Below are positions 7,921 to 15,892 of a DNA stretch of 24,000 nucleotides, piece after piece. Within the stretch, counting starts at the first letter, position 1; every line of letters starts with the position of its first letter. Position numbers and translations under genes: made by a program. The notes below the pieces were generated by a model. That model ran no database searches. It saw only the letters and a list, made by a program, of their open reading frames with translations, and was not told the origin of the DNA. The DNA is from Solobacterium sp. (GTDB taxonomy: Bacteria; Bacillota_I; Bacilli_A; Erysipelotrichales; Erysipelotrichaceae): positions 72,829 through 96,828 of the forward strand of contig JAFWEW010000043.1 of the NCBI GenBank assembly GCA_017512725.1, given 5' to 3'.

Positions 7921-10900
7921 TCAGCCTTCCTGGATCTTTGCCTTGTTGACGAGCTTGGTGTAGCGGGTCTTGGCATCCGACAGAGTCTTGGCAAATGCTT
8001 CTTCCGCAGCTTCCTGACCCTTGAGCTTCGGCAGGTTGAAGTAACGAGCCTCGTTCATGAGGAAGTCATGGAACTTATCCCAGTTCGGCTCCTTGGAGTC
8101 GATCTGGAGCGGTTTTTCAAGACGCGGGTCATAGCGGTACAGTGTGACATAGCCACATTCAACCGCTGCCTTCTGTACGAGCGGTGCCTTTACGAGGCCG
8201 CCCTTGATACCCTGCTCAGCGCACGGGCAGTATGCGATGACGATCGAAGGTCCGTTGTAGCTTTCTGCTTCTTTCAGAGCCTTGATGGTCTGCATCTGGT
8301 TTGCGCCCATGGATACGGATGCAACATAGCAGTGACCGTATTCCATAACGATCTGGCCGAGATCCTTCTTTGCAAGAACCTTACCGCCGGCTGCGAACTT
8401 CGCAATGGAAGCTGCCTGCGAGGACTTGGAAGACTGACCGCCGGTATTGGAGTAAACCTCGGTGTCGAGTACGAGAACGTTGACGTTCAGGTTGTTGGCC
8501 ATGACATGATCGAGTCCGCCGTAGCCGATATCGTATGCCCATCCGTCACCGCCGACGATCCATACGGACTTGCCGACGAGATCACGTTCCATCTCAAGGA
8601 GAACCTTGACATCCTCAACCTTGGAATCCTTCAGATCCTTGACGAGTTTGTCCTTGATTGCACGCTGTGCATCACGGTCATCCTTCGCATCGAGATAAGC
8701 CTGGAAGTCTGCCTTCAGTTCCGGCTCAACCTTGTCCATATTGTCTTCCATGACCTTGAGGATCTTGGCAGACTTGAAGGTCTGAGCGATTGCCATACCG
8801 AAGCCGAACTCTGCGTTGTCTTCAAACAGGGAGTTTGCCCATGCGACACCATTGTTGTCTTTGTCGGTAACGAATGGTGTGGACGGTGTGGACGAGCAGT
8901 AGATCATCGTACATCCGGTAGCGTTGGCAACGAGCATATCCTTGCCGAATAGCTGGGAAGTCAGACGATAGTACGGAGCTTCACCACAGCCCGGGCAGCA
9001 TCCGCTGACCTCGAAGTACGGCATCATGAGAGAGACACCTGCTTCGGTAGCCGGGTTGCCATACTGAGGCTTGTATTCGGTTTCCTTGTACAGGTAATCC
9101 GCAACCGGTTCCTGTGCAAGCTGGGTGTTGATTTCTGCCGCAGAAAGTGCCTTTGCCGGGCAGACGGTGATACATACGCCGCAGCCGACGCAGTTCATCG
9201 GAGAAACCTGGATGCGGTATGTAAGACCTGCTTCCTTGGCGCCCTTGTAAGCTGCGGTCGGTTCCTTAGTGGACCATTCTGCACCTTCCTTCGCTGCGAT
9301 TGCACATGCGTTGGCAGCTTCTTCCGGTGTCATCAGGAACGGACGGATGGTTGCGTGCGGGCACGCGAATGCGCACTTGCCGCATTCAACGCACTTCGTG
9401 CTGTCCCATGCAGGAACCTGAGCAGCGATGTTTCTCTTCTCACGGAAGGAGACGTTCTCAGGAATGGATCCATCGAGAACACCATACTTCAGGAAGCTGG
9501 AAACCGGCATGTCATAACCTTCCAGAGCGTTGATTCTCTGCAGGTTGTTGTCGAAGTATTCATCACCGGTCTTGGTGATGAGGCTCTTGTCATAAGTGAG
9601 GTCAGCCCATTCCGGCTTGACTTCCACTTCAACGAGACCTGTGGAACCGGCATCGATCGCTGCGATGTTGGCGTTGACAACGTCTTCACCCTTGCGCTCG
9701 TAAGTATGACGAGCACTGTCCTTCATGAGTTCGAGGGACTTCTCGAACGGCATGATCTGCGGGTTCAGCTTGAAGAACGCAGACTGCAGGATCGTGTTGG
9801 TATGACGGCCCATGTGACATTCTGCCGCGAGCTTGTTGGCGTTAATGATATAGAACTTCGCTTTCTTGTTCGCCAGTCCTGCAAGCATTCTGTTCGGCAG
9901 GTGCTTGTCAATGTCTTCTGCCGCAAATGTCGTGTTCAGCAGGAATGTCCCGCCCTCTTTGAGGTTGCGGACCATATCGAACTTGAAGCAGTAGCTCTCG
10001 AGTGAGCAGGAAATGAAGTCAGCCTTGTCGATATAGTACGGGCTGTGAATCGGGCTCTTGCCGAAACGGAGGTGGCTGCGTGTGACGCCGCCGGCCTTCT
10101 TGGAGTCATATGCGAAGTAAGCCTGGGAATAGAGATCGGTGTTGTTGCCGATGATTTTAACGGTGCTCTTGTTGGCGCCGACCGTACCGTCGGAACCAAG
10201 ACCGTAGAACAGGCAGCTTGTATAGTCCGCGTCGACCTTGATGTCAACCGGAGCGAGGGAAAGGTTGGTTACATCGTCTTCGATACCGATTGTGAACTCT
10301 TCCTTCGGATCATCCTTCTTGAGTTCTTCAAATACGGCATTGATGTGAGACGGGTTGGTATCCTTGGAGGAGAGACCGTAACGGCCGCCTGTAATGACGA
10401 GATCCTTGTGCTTGCGGAGTGCATAGCAGACATCAAGGAACAGCGGTTCTCTTGCGCCCTGCTCTTTTGCACGGTCAAGAACTGCGATCTTCTTGACGGA
10501 TGCCGGCAGAACAGCTTCCAGATACTTCTCGGAGAACGGACGGTACAGATAAACCTTGATCAGACCGACCTTTTCGCCGCGTGCAACCAGTGTGTTGATG
10601 GTTTCCTGAACGGTGTCTGTGACAGAACCCATAGCGATGATGATGCGCTCTGCATCCGGAGCACCGACATAGGTAAACGGAGCATAGTTTCTTCCGGTGT
10701 GGTCAGAGATCGCCTTGAAGTACTTCGCAGCGATTTCAGGAACCTTTGCATAGTGCTCATTCTGAGCTTCGGATGCCTGGAAGTAGATGTCATCATTCTG
10801 TGAGCCGCCGCGGGTAATTGCGTTTCCGTGCGGGTTCAGTGCCTTTTCACGGAATGCTTCGAGCTTCTCCATCGGAAGCAGGCTCTTGAGGAAGTCATAA

Positions 10901-11469
10901 TCCATGACTTCGATCTTGTCGATTTCATGCGATGTACGGAAACCATCGAAGAAGTGCATGACAGGTACGGAACCGTCGATCGCGATCAGGTGAGCAGCAC
11001 CTGCGAGATCCATACAGTCCTGAACACTGTGGGAGCACATCATGACGATGCCGGTCTGACGGCATGCATAAACGTCCTGATGGTCACCGAAGATGGAAAG
11101 TGTGTGTGTCGCCAGAGAACGCGCTGCAACGTGTACAACACCCGGCAGCAGTTCGCCCTTCAGCTTGTAAAGGTTCGGGATCATCAGCAGCAATCCCTGA
11201 GATGCGGTAAAGGTAGCCGCAAGTGCACCGCCCTGCAATGCACCATGGACAGCGCCGGCTGCGCCGCCTTCTGCCTGCATTTCGACAACTTTGACCTTGT
11301 CACCGAACACGTTGGTGCGGCCTGCAGTTGCCCATGCGTCGACATTCTCTGCCATCGGGGATGACGGAGTAATCGGATAGATGCCTGCTACTTCTGTGAA
11401 CGCATACGCAGAATGCGCGGTAGCGGTGTTTCCATCCATTGCCTGGAAAACCTTTTTCTCTTGACTCAT
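7921..11469 (-). CDS. nifJ: Pyruvate:ferredoxin (flavodoxin) oxidoreductase, single-chain PFOR
   Basis: About 1180 aa. It has two 4Fe-4S ferredoxin motifs (CVECGKCAFACP and CVGCGVCITVCP) and the TPP-binding GGDGWAYDIG motif, with the conserved N-terminal GN.A.A..AY. Start is the ATG at 11469, preceded by AGGAGG. Confidence 0.95.
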   Translation of the reverse strand: MSQEKKVFQAMDGNTATAHSAYAFTEVAGIYPITPSSPMAENVDAWATAGRTNVFGDKVKVVEMQAEGGAAGAVHGALQGGALAATFTASQGLLLMIPNLYKLKGELLPGVVHVAARSLATHTLSIFGDHQDVYACRQTGIVMMCSHSVQDCMDLAGAAHLIAIDGSVPVMHFFDGFRTSHEIDKIEVMDYDFLKSLLPMEKLEAFREKALNPHGNAITRGGSQNDDIYFQASEAQNEHYAKVPEIAAKYFKAISDHTGRNYAPFTYVGAPDAERIIIAMGSVTDTVQETINTLVARGEKVGLIKVYLYRPFSEKYLEAVLPASVKKIAVLDRAKEQGAREPLFLDVCYALRKHKDLVITGGRYGLSSKDTNPSHINAVFEELKKDDPKEEFTIGIEDDVTNLSLAPVDIKVDADYTSCLFYGLGSDGTVGANKSTVKIIGNNTDLYSQAYFAYDSKKAGGVTRSHLRFGKSPIHSPYYIDKADFISCSLESYCFKFDMVRNLKEGGTFLLNTTFAAEDIDKHLPNRMLAGLANKKAKFYIINANKLAAECHMGRHTNTILQSAFFKLNPQIMPFEKSLELMKDSARHTYERKGEDVVNANIAAIDAGSTGLVEVEVKPEWADLTYDKSLITKTGDEYFDNNLQRINALEGYDMPVSSFLKYGVLDGSIPENVSFREKRNIAAQVPAWDSTKCVECGKCAFACPHATIRPFLMTPEEAANACAIAAKEGAEWSTKEPTAAYKGAKEAGLTYRIQVSPMNCVGCGVCITVCPAKALSAAEINTQLAQEPVADYLYKETEYKPQYGNPATEAGVSLMMPYFEVSGCCPGCGEAPYYRLTSQLFGKDMLVANATGCTMIYCSSTPSTPFVTDKDNNGVAWANSLFEDNAEFGFGMAIAQTFKSAKILKVMEDNMDKVEPELKADFQAYLDAKDDRDAQRAIKDKLVKDLKDSKVEDVKVLLEMERDLVGKSVWIVGGDGWAYDIGYGGLDHVMANNLNVNVLVLDTEVYSNTGGQSSKSSQAASIAKFAAGGKVLAKKDLGQIVMEYGHCYVASVSMGANQMQTIKALKEAESYNGPSIVIAYCPCAEQGIKGGLVKAPLVQKAAVECGYVTLYRYDPRLEKPLQIDSKEPNWDKFHDFLMNEARYFNLPKLKGQEAAEEAFAKTLSDAKTRYTKLVNKAKIQEG

Positions 11470-11610
11470 ATGTCCTCCTGTATTTCTACGGCCTATATTA
11501 TAAAACAAATGTAAGCGGTTTTATCATCAATTTCCGGATTCATCGGATGACCGGACGTCCGAAAGCACCGGATTCCGCCGGATTTGTGCTGCAGACTGCT
11601 TCAGCCAGAT

Positions 11611-11655
11611 AAAAACCAGGCGGTCGTTCCGGTACGGATCGGTCTGCCTGGTTTT
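11611..11655 (-). terminator. Terminator after yneF (A-tract and T-tract on either side, so possibly bidirectional)
   Basis: AAAAACCAGGC...GCCTGGTTTT. The CCAGGC/GCCTGG outer stem has further inner pairing. A U-run follows on the minus strand directly after the yneF stop. Confidence 0.6.
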
Positions 11656-11672
11656 GATCGTTCGATCGGCAA

Positions 11673-11888
11673 TCAGCCCTGCCCCATGGATTTCATGACG
11701 GCTTTGATCTGAGCTTCGCTCGGTTTTCTGCCCATCTGCATGAACATCGCACGAATCTGCTTTTCTGTGATCGGAGGATTCTCCTTCAGCTGTTTCTCGA
11801 AAGCTCGCTTGGTGAAATAGAAGCCAAGAAGCGCACCGACTGCTCCGCCGAGAACAAACCAGAGCAGGGACGACCAGAACTGTGTCAT
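11673..11888 (-). CDS. yneF: UPF0154 family small membrane protein (YneF-like)
   Basis: 71 aa with an N-terminal TM helix, then KRAFEKQLKENPPITEKQIRAMFMQMGRKPSEAQIKAVMKSM, the characteristic YneF core. AGGGAG RBS upstream. Confidence 0.8.
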   Translation of the reverse strand: MTQFWSSLLWFVLGGAVGALLGFYFTKRAFEKQLKENPPITEKQIRAMFMQMGRKPSEAQIKAVMKSMGQG

Positions 11889-11942
11889 ATTTTTTACTCC
11901 CTATCTTTTTTACTGATGACGCCATTATAGTCAATCCGTTCG

Positions 11943-11972
11943 TTGAATTCAACGAGCCAGTGCCTGTATAAT
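11943..11972 (+). promoter_or_regulatory. Candidate sigma-A promoter for the dac gene
   Basis: TTGAAT (11943..11948), 18-nt spacer, TATAAT (11967..11972). The ATG at 11979 begins 7 nt after the -10 element, and no Shine-Dalgarno sequence lies between. Confidence 0.4.
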
Positions 11973-11978
11973 TCCCCC

Positions 11979-13292
11979 ATGAGTATTTTTAAGCGTATTT
12001 TTACAGTGATCGTTCTTCTGCTGGGTTATGGAATTGTTCCCCTGGCCGAAGAGTACGGATATGAAGAAGACAATCCCCCTTCCGTCACCAGTGACTATAT
12101 CTATCTCATTGACATCGACAACGGACAGGTTCTCTGGTCAATGCGCGGGGAAGATTCCATGTATCCGGCTTCGCTGACCAAGATCATGACGGCTGTGCTC
12201 GCAATCGAATCCCTCTCGGATTTAGAGGAGCGGATACGGATCACGGAAGACATGTGGGCAGGACTGGTCGAAGAAAATGCCTCGGTCGCCGGCTTTTACC
12301 CCGGGGATGAGCCGACGGTGCGCGACCTGCTGTACGGGGTGCTGCTGCCAAGCGGCGCCGATGCGGTCAATGCCCTGGCCGTCCGGATTTCCGGCAGCGT
12401 ATCCGCGTTTGTCGATGCGATGAACCGGAAAGCGGAAGAACTCGGCATGACCTCCACCCACTTCACCAATCCGACCGGTCTGCACAATGACAGTCATGTC
12501 TCAAGTCCAAACGACCTGGCAGTTCTCATGGAATATGCACTGCAGTCCGGACAGTTCCGGGAAATACTCGCAAGCCGGACATATACCAGTTCTCCGATCG
12601 CTTCCGCTCCGGACGGTCTTGTCCTCAATTCCACCAGCTGGCCATTAATCAATGACGGTCCGGATACCTTCTCCATCCCCGGCTACCTCGGCGGCAAAAC
12701 CGGCTTTACCAATCCGGCCGGAAGATGTCTGGCCTCTCATGCGGAATTCGGCGGAATGCACCTGGTGCTGATCAGCGGGCATTCCTGGGACTACGGCCAT
12801 ATCATGGATGCCACAACCGTCTATAACTGGTTCAATGACAATTATGAGCGGCAGACGTATCTCTCGGAAGGAACCGTTCTGAAGAACGTTGCGGTGATCG
12901 ACTCTTCCAGAAACGCAGCGTTTGATGCTGTTGTGCCGGAAACCCGTACCATGGATCTTCCAAAGGATGCGGTGATCGAGGTTGTGACCGATGTTCCGGA
13001 TGAACTCACCGCACCGATTCAGGAAGGCGACGATATCGGTTCCCTGCAGGTAACGGCCAATGGGAAACTTATCTATGAAACACGACTGAGCGCACCGGAG
13101 AGCTTCCGCTACAGCCGTCTGATGCATGCCTATAATGCCGCTGCCGCATTCCATGCCAGTCACCGGTTCCTGTTCTGGGTGCTCTGCATTCTGGCTGTCT
13201 TTGTCCTGTTTGTTCTGGCCGCAAGGATCCGCATCCATATCCGCCGGGCAAAGCGCAGAAGACGCAGGAAGCGCAAAGCTTCCCGCCGCTGA
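11979..13292 (+). CDS. Serine-type D-Ala-D-Ala carboxypeptidase (peptidase S11, PBP5/DacB-like) with C-terminal TM anchor
   Basis: Signal-like N-terminus MSIFKRIFTVIVLLLGYG, SxxK motif SLTK (12171..) and KTG motif GGKTGFT. The C-terminal hydrophobic helix is followed by RRAKRRRRRKRKASRR. The tracked TTG start at 11943 has no RBS and adds non-signal residues. Confidence 0.85.
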   Translation: MSIFKRIFTVIVLLLGYGIVPLAEEYGYEEDNPPSVTSDYIYLIDIDNGQVLWSMRGEDSMYPASLTKIMTAVLAIESLSDLEERIRITEDMWAGLVEENASVAGFYPGDEPTVRDLLYGVLLPSGADAVNALAVRISGSVSAFVDAMNRKAEELGMTSTHFTNPTGLHNDSHVSSPNDLAVLMEYALQSGQFREILASRTYTSSPIASAPDGLVLNSTSWPLINDGPDTFSIPGYLGGKTGFTNPAGRCLASHAEFGGMHLVLISGHSWDYGHIMDATTVYNWFNDNYERQTYLSEGTVLKNVAVIDSSRNAAFDAVVPETRTMDLPKDAVIEVVTDVPDELTAPIQEGDDIGSLQVTANGKLIYETRLSAPESFRYSRLMHAYNAAAAFHASHRFLFWVLCILAVFVLFVLAARIRIHIRRAKRRRRRKRKASRR

Positions 13293-13313
13293 GCAGTCAG
13301 ACATCCATTTCAT

Positions 13314-13345
13314 CCCCGTACGGAATCTCCGTTCGAGGATTTTTA
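13314..13345 (+). terminator. Candidate terminator for the dac gene
   Basis: CCCCGTACGGA-ATC-TCCGTTCGAGG imperfect stem followed by ATTTTTAAA. Confidence 0.5.
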
Positions 13346-13347
13346 AA

Positions 13348-13368
13348 GGATGAGCAAGCTGCCCATCC
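13348..13368 (-). terminator. Hairpin downstream of the lipoprotein gene (weak terminator candidate)
   Basis: GGATGAGC-AAGCT-GCCCATCC, 7 bp with one mismatch. On the minus strand it is followed by TTTAAAAAT, a poor U-tract. Confidence 0.35.
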
Positions 13369-13394
13369 TGTCTGCGTCCCGTATTCGAATTTCG

Positions 13395-14528
13395 CTATTT
13401 GACAATATATCCGGCAATCGGTTCCGTATAATACGAAGATCCCTGGTCGATCTTCTGGTACCGTGTCCCGTCATAGCCGTCCATCGCTCCGAGTTCCGCT
13501 TTGTAAACTTCATTGGTCTCGGTATCCAGATAACGGTCATAGCCCAGTGTGGCATCGGAGTATTCCTGCGACATGATATCGTAGGATTTCTGTCTGGAAT
13601 TCCATCCGTCCATGATGATGTTGCTGGTTTCCGCCGTCATCTGACTGATCGCTCTGGCATTCTCCATGGTGATCTGCTGGGCCGTCATGACCCGCTGTAC
13701 AAACTGATCCGAGTACTGAACGGAAGAAAGGATCGTCTGTAAGAGTGCGGAATACTCATCCAGAAGACCATACGGCGCTGTCATCGCGGTCAGGCTGTAG
13801 ATTGTGTCATAACCGCAGTCATAGCCCGGATCCATCATCTTGATCAGATCGACAACCGTACCGGAGAACATCCCTTCCGCCTTTTCTCTCGACAAGGTGT
13901 TCATGTATGTTCCGTGGATCATTTTGTTGTCCAGAGCGATGGAAGACAGTTCATTCTGAACGTCCATCGATTCAATCACTTCGAAATCACTGATCTGGGG
14001 ATATTCAAACCCGGTAAAGGTCGGCTCCCACTCTGCCAGATAGGCACAGTAATCCATGAACTTCTGATAGAACGTTTCAAGCGTTGCCGGTTCAAGAACG
14101 ATAAATGCGGCCTGTGCACCATACAGCTGCTGATAGCCGGAAAGTGCATAGTAGTTTTCATAGAACTGCTTTGCCTGCTGGTTCTTCAGAAAGAAGCCGG
14201 AACGAAGAGCGGTAAATACCTGCAGATCCGGCCGGTCCGGGTCATAGGCACGGATCCACGTATAGATCTCATCGCCTCCAACCGTTACTTCCCATCCCTG
14301 CGGAATCGAAATCGTAAAGAGTCCGCCGTAATCCTGCTGGGTTAACGTGGCAGAAAGCTTCTGTGCATCCGTCTGTTCAATCTTGACCGATGTTTCTTTT
14401 ACGGCCGCAGTCTCATTCAGGGAATGGGACTCTCCGCTTGCCGTATCTGCGGACTGCGGTGCTTTTGCGCCGCATCCTGCAAGCAGAGCTGCCGCAAGCA
14501 TGATGCATATCCATTTCTTACACTTCAT
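13395..14528 (-). CDS. Lipoprotein of unknown function
   Basis: MKCKKWICIMLAAALLAGC has a lipobox (LLAG|C) after a basic n-region. The mature part is Tyr/Gln/Asp-rich and contains no family motif I recognise. GGAGG RBS 8 nt upstream of the ATG at 14528. Confidence 0.7.
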   Translation of the reverse strand: MKCKKWICIMLAAALLAGCGAKAPQSADTASGESHSLNETAAVKETSVKIEQTDAQKLSATLTQQDYGGLFTISIPQGWEVTVGGDEIYTWIRAYDPDRPDLQVFTALRSGFFLKNQQAKQFYENYYALSGYQQLYGAQAAFIVLEPATLETFYQKFMDYCAYLAEWEPTFTGFEYPQISDFEVIESMDVQNELSSIALDNKMIHGTYMNTLSREKAEGMFSGTVVDLIKMMDPGYDCGYDTIYSLTAMTAPYGLLDEYSALLQTILSSVQYSDQFVQRVMTAQQITMENARAISQMTAETSNIIMDGWNSRQKSYDIMSQEYSDATLGYDRYLDTETNEVYKAELGAMDGYDGTRYQKIDQGSSYYTEPIAGYIVK

Positions 14529-14629
14529 AATTGAAAACCTCCATTGTTATTGGTGTTGCTGTAATGCCAGTTTCAAGGATAAAACGGAATGAATACTTCT
14601 GAACGGTCTGTATCGGTAATCATCGATCG

Positions 14630-15826
14630 CTATTTCTGTTTCGTCTGAAAATATTTAACCCGATCGATTCTTCGCCGCAGAAGACGGCACAATGCTTCGA
14701 TCCGTTCATTGGAAATACCGGTCAATGCCCGGTACAGGAACAGTTTATCCGCAAGCGTCTGTTCAATCCCGTCAAGCACAGACAGGTCAAACCGGCTGAG
14801 ATCACCAATTATTTCCAGAAGTTCTTCAAACACGAAATGTCTTTGTTTAAGAAAACGCGCTTTCTTTTTGTCTTCACATTGTTCCAGGTTAGAGGTTTTT
14901 ACAAAGCACCCAAGCGCAGTACCGGTATCAAAGATCGGAGCCATTGCAATCCACTGATTCGTATTGGCATCCGTCAGAATACCGAGATTCTGTGAATGCC
15001 GATCGGTATTCATCATCAGATAATCCAACAGAAGCAGCTCATCCAGACTGTTTTCTGCGTCGGATATCCCATGTTCTTTCATAACCTGTACAAGCAGTTC
15101 ATAAGATTCTTTTTGATTCTTCCCGGCCGAACGCATCGCATCCCTTGCGCACACAAGATCCAGATCCGGGCTTAAAAAGTTCTGACAGACACTTACGAGC
15201 TGATTTTCATAAACAGTTACTTCATAGGGAACAACGTAAAGTCCAAGCTGTTCCGCAATCACAGAAGCGATCCATTCATTGATGCATTCCTGCTGATGAA
15301 ACCCGGTGCTGCCCTTATACAGGTACAGCTGATCTTCCCGTTTCATCCATGCCTTACGGTGATACCCGCACAGTGTGTTATTCGGTGTATGTCTGGCCGT
15401 TTCCTTTGGAGTGAAACGGTTGGTTCGAAACATTGCTGCACCAAACCCATTCATATCAAACGATCGGGCAAAAAAATTGGTTTCTTCATAGGTTTCATTG
15501 CGGTCTTGGTCGCTCAGCCAGTAATTATCCGAAACCGAAAGCGCGTTTTCTTCTTCCAGCAGTTCCAGTTCATCTTCGATCTCAAGCCGTTTGATCAACC
15601 GGTCGAGATCCACACGGTAATTTGGAATTCCCCTTGCGATCAGCCAGCTGTTCAGGGATTCAAGATCCACATTATTACCAGAAAAACGCACACCGATCGG
15701 AAGGTGCGCCGCATTTAAAAGAGAGACCTTGCGGAAACTGTGTACACTTGGGTCATAATCTCCGATCAGCACGTTCTGGTCTTTATGTTTCAATATCTTC
15801 TTGGTTGTACGTCGAAACAGTTTCAT
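14630..15826 (-). CDS. HipA-like Ser/Thr kinase family protein (HipA_C-type catalytic core)
   Basis: Catalytic-loop-like MNTDRHSQNLG (D-x-H-x-x-N), Mg-binding-like APIFDTG, and a nucleotide-loop-like LCGYHRKAW..LYLYKG. The N-terminal region ends in LSVSDNYW, as seen in Firmicute HipA-like proteins. Confidence 0.7.
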   Translation of the reverse strand: MKLFRRTTKKILKHKDQNVLIGDYDPSVHSFRKVSLLNAAHLPIGVRFSGNNVDLESLNSWLIARGIPNYRVDLDRLIKRLEIEDELELLEEENALSVSDNYWLSDQDRNETYEETNFFARSFDMNGFGAAMFRTNRFTPKETARHTPNNTLCGYHRKAWMKREDQLYLYKGSTGFHQQECINEWIASVIAEQLGLYVVPYEVTVYENQLVSVCQNFLSPDLDLVCARDAMRSAGKNQKESYELLVQVMKEHGISDAENSLDELLLLDYLMMNTDRHSQNLGILTDANTNQWIAMAPIFDTGTALGCFVKTSNLEQCEDKKKARFLKQRHFVFEELLEIIGDLSRFDLSVLDGIEQTLADKLFLYRALTGISNERIEALCRLLRRRIDRVKYFQTKQK

Positions 15827-15840
15827 GTCGTCTCTTTTTC

Positions 15841-15872
15841 AGAAGAAAAAGAGGCTGATCACCCAGCCTCTT
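15841..15872 (-). terminator. Rho-independent terminator after the surface-protein gene
   Basis: On the minus strand: AAGAGGCTG-GGTGAT-CAGCCTCTT followed by TTTTCTTCT. It ends only about 15 nt upstream of the HipA-like ATG. Confidence 0.75.
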
Positions 15873-15892
15873 CTCAGCAAACAAAATCTTGC

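Noticed and set aside
126-10803. Many long plus-strand ORFs in the track (e.g. 126..650, 750..1511, 1734..2687, 2638..3648, 3721..4284, 4412..5605, 5689..6309, 8068..8952, 9355..10005, 10045..10803)
   Set aside because: Each lies entirely antisense to a longer minus-strand gene with clear family motifs. Their translations are low-complexity or Arg/His/Cys-rich with no recognisable motifs and no ribosome sites. They are shadow ORFs typical of moderately GC-rich coding DNA.
11527-11952. 141-aa minus-strand ORF spanning the nifJ upstream region and yneF
   Set aside because: It overlaps the well-supported yneF gene in another frame and runs through the yneF terminator hairpin. Its sequence is Arg/Ser-rich with no motifs.
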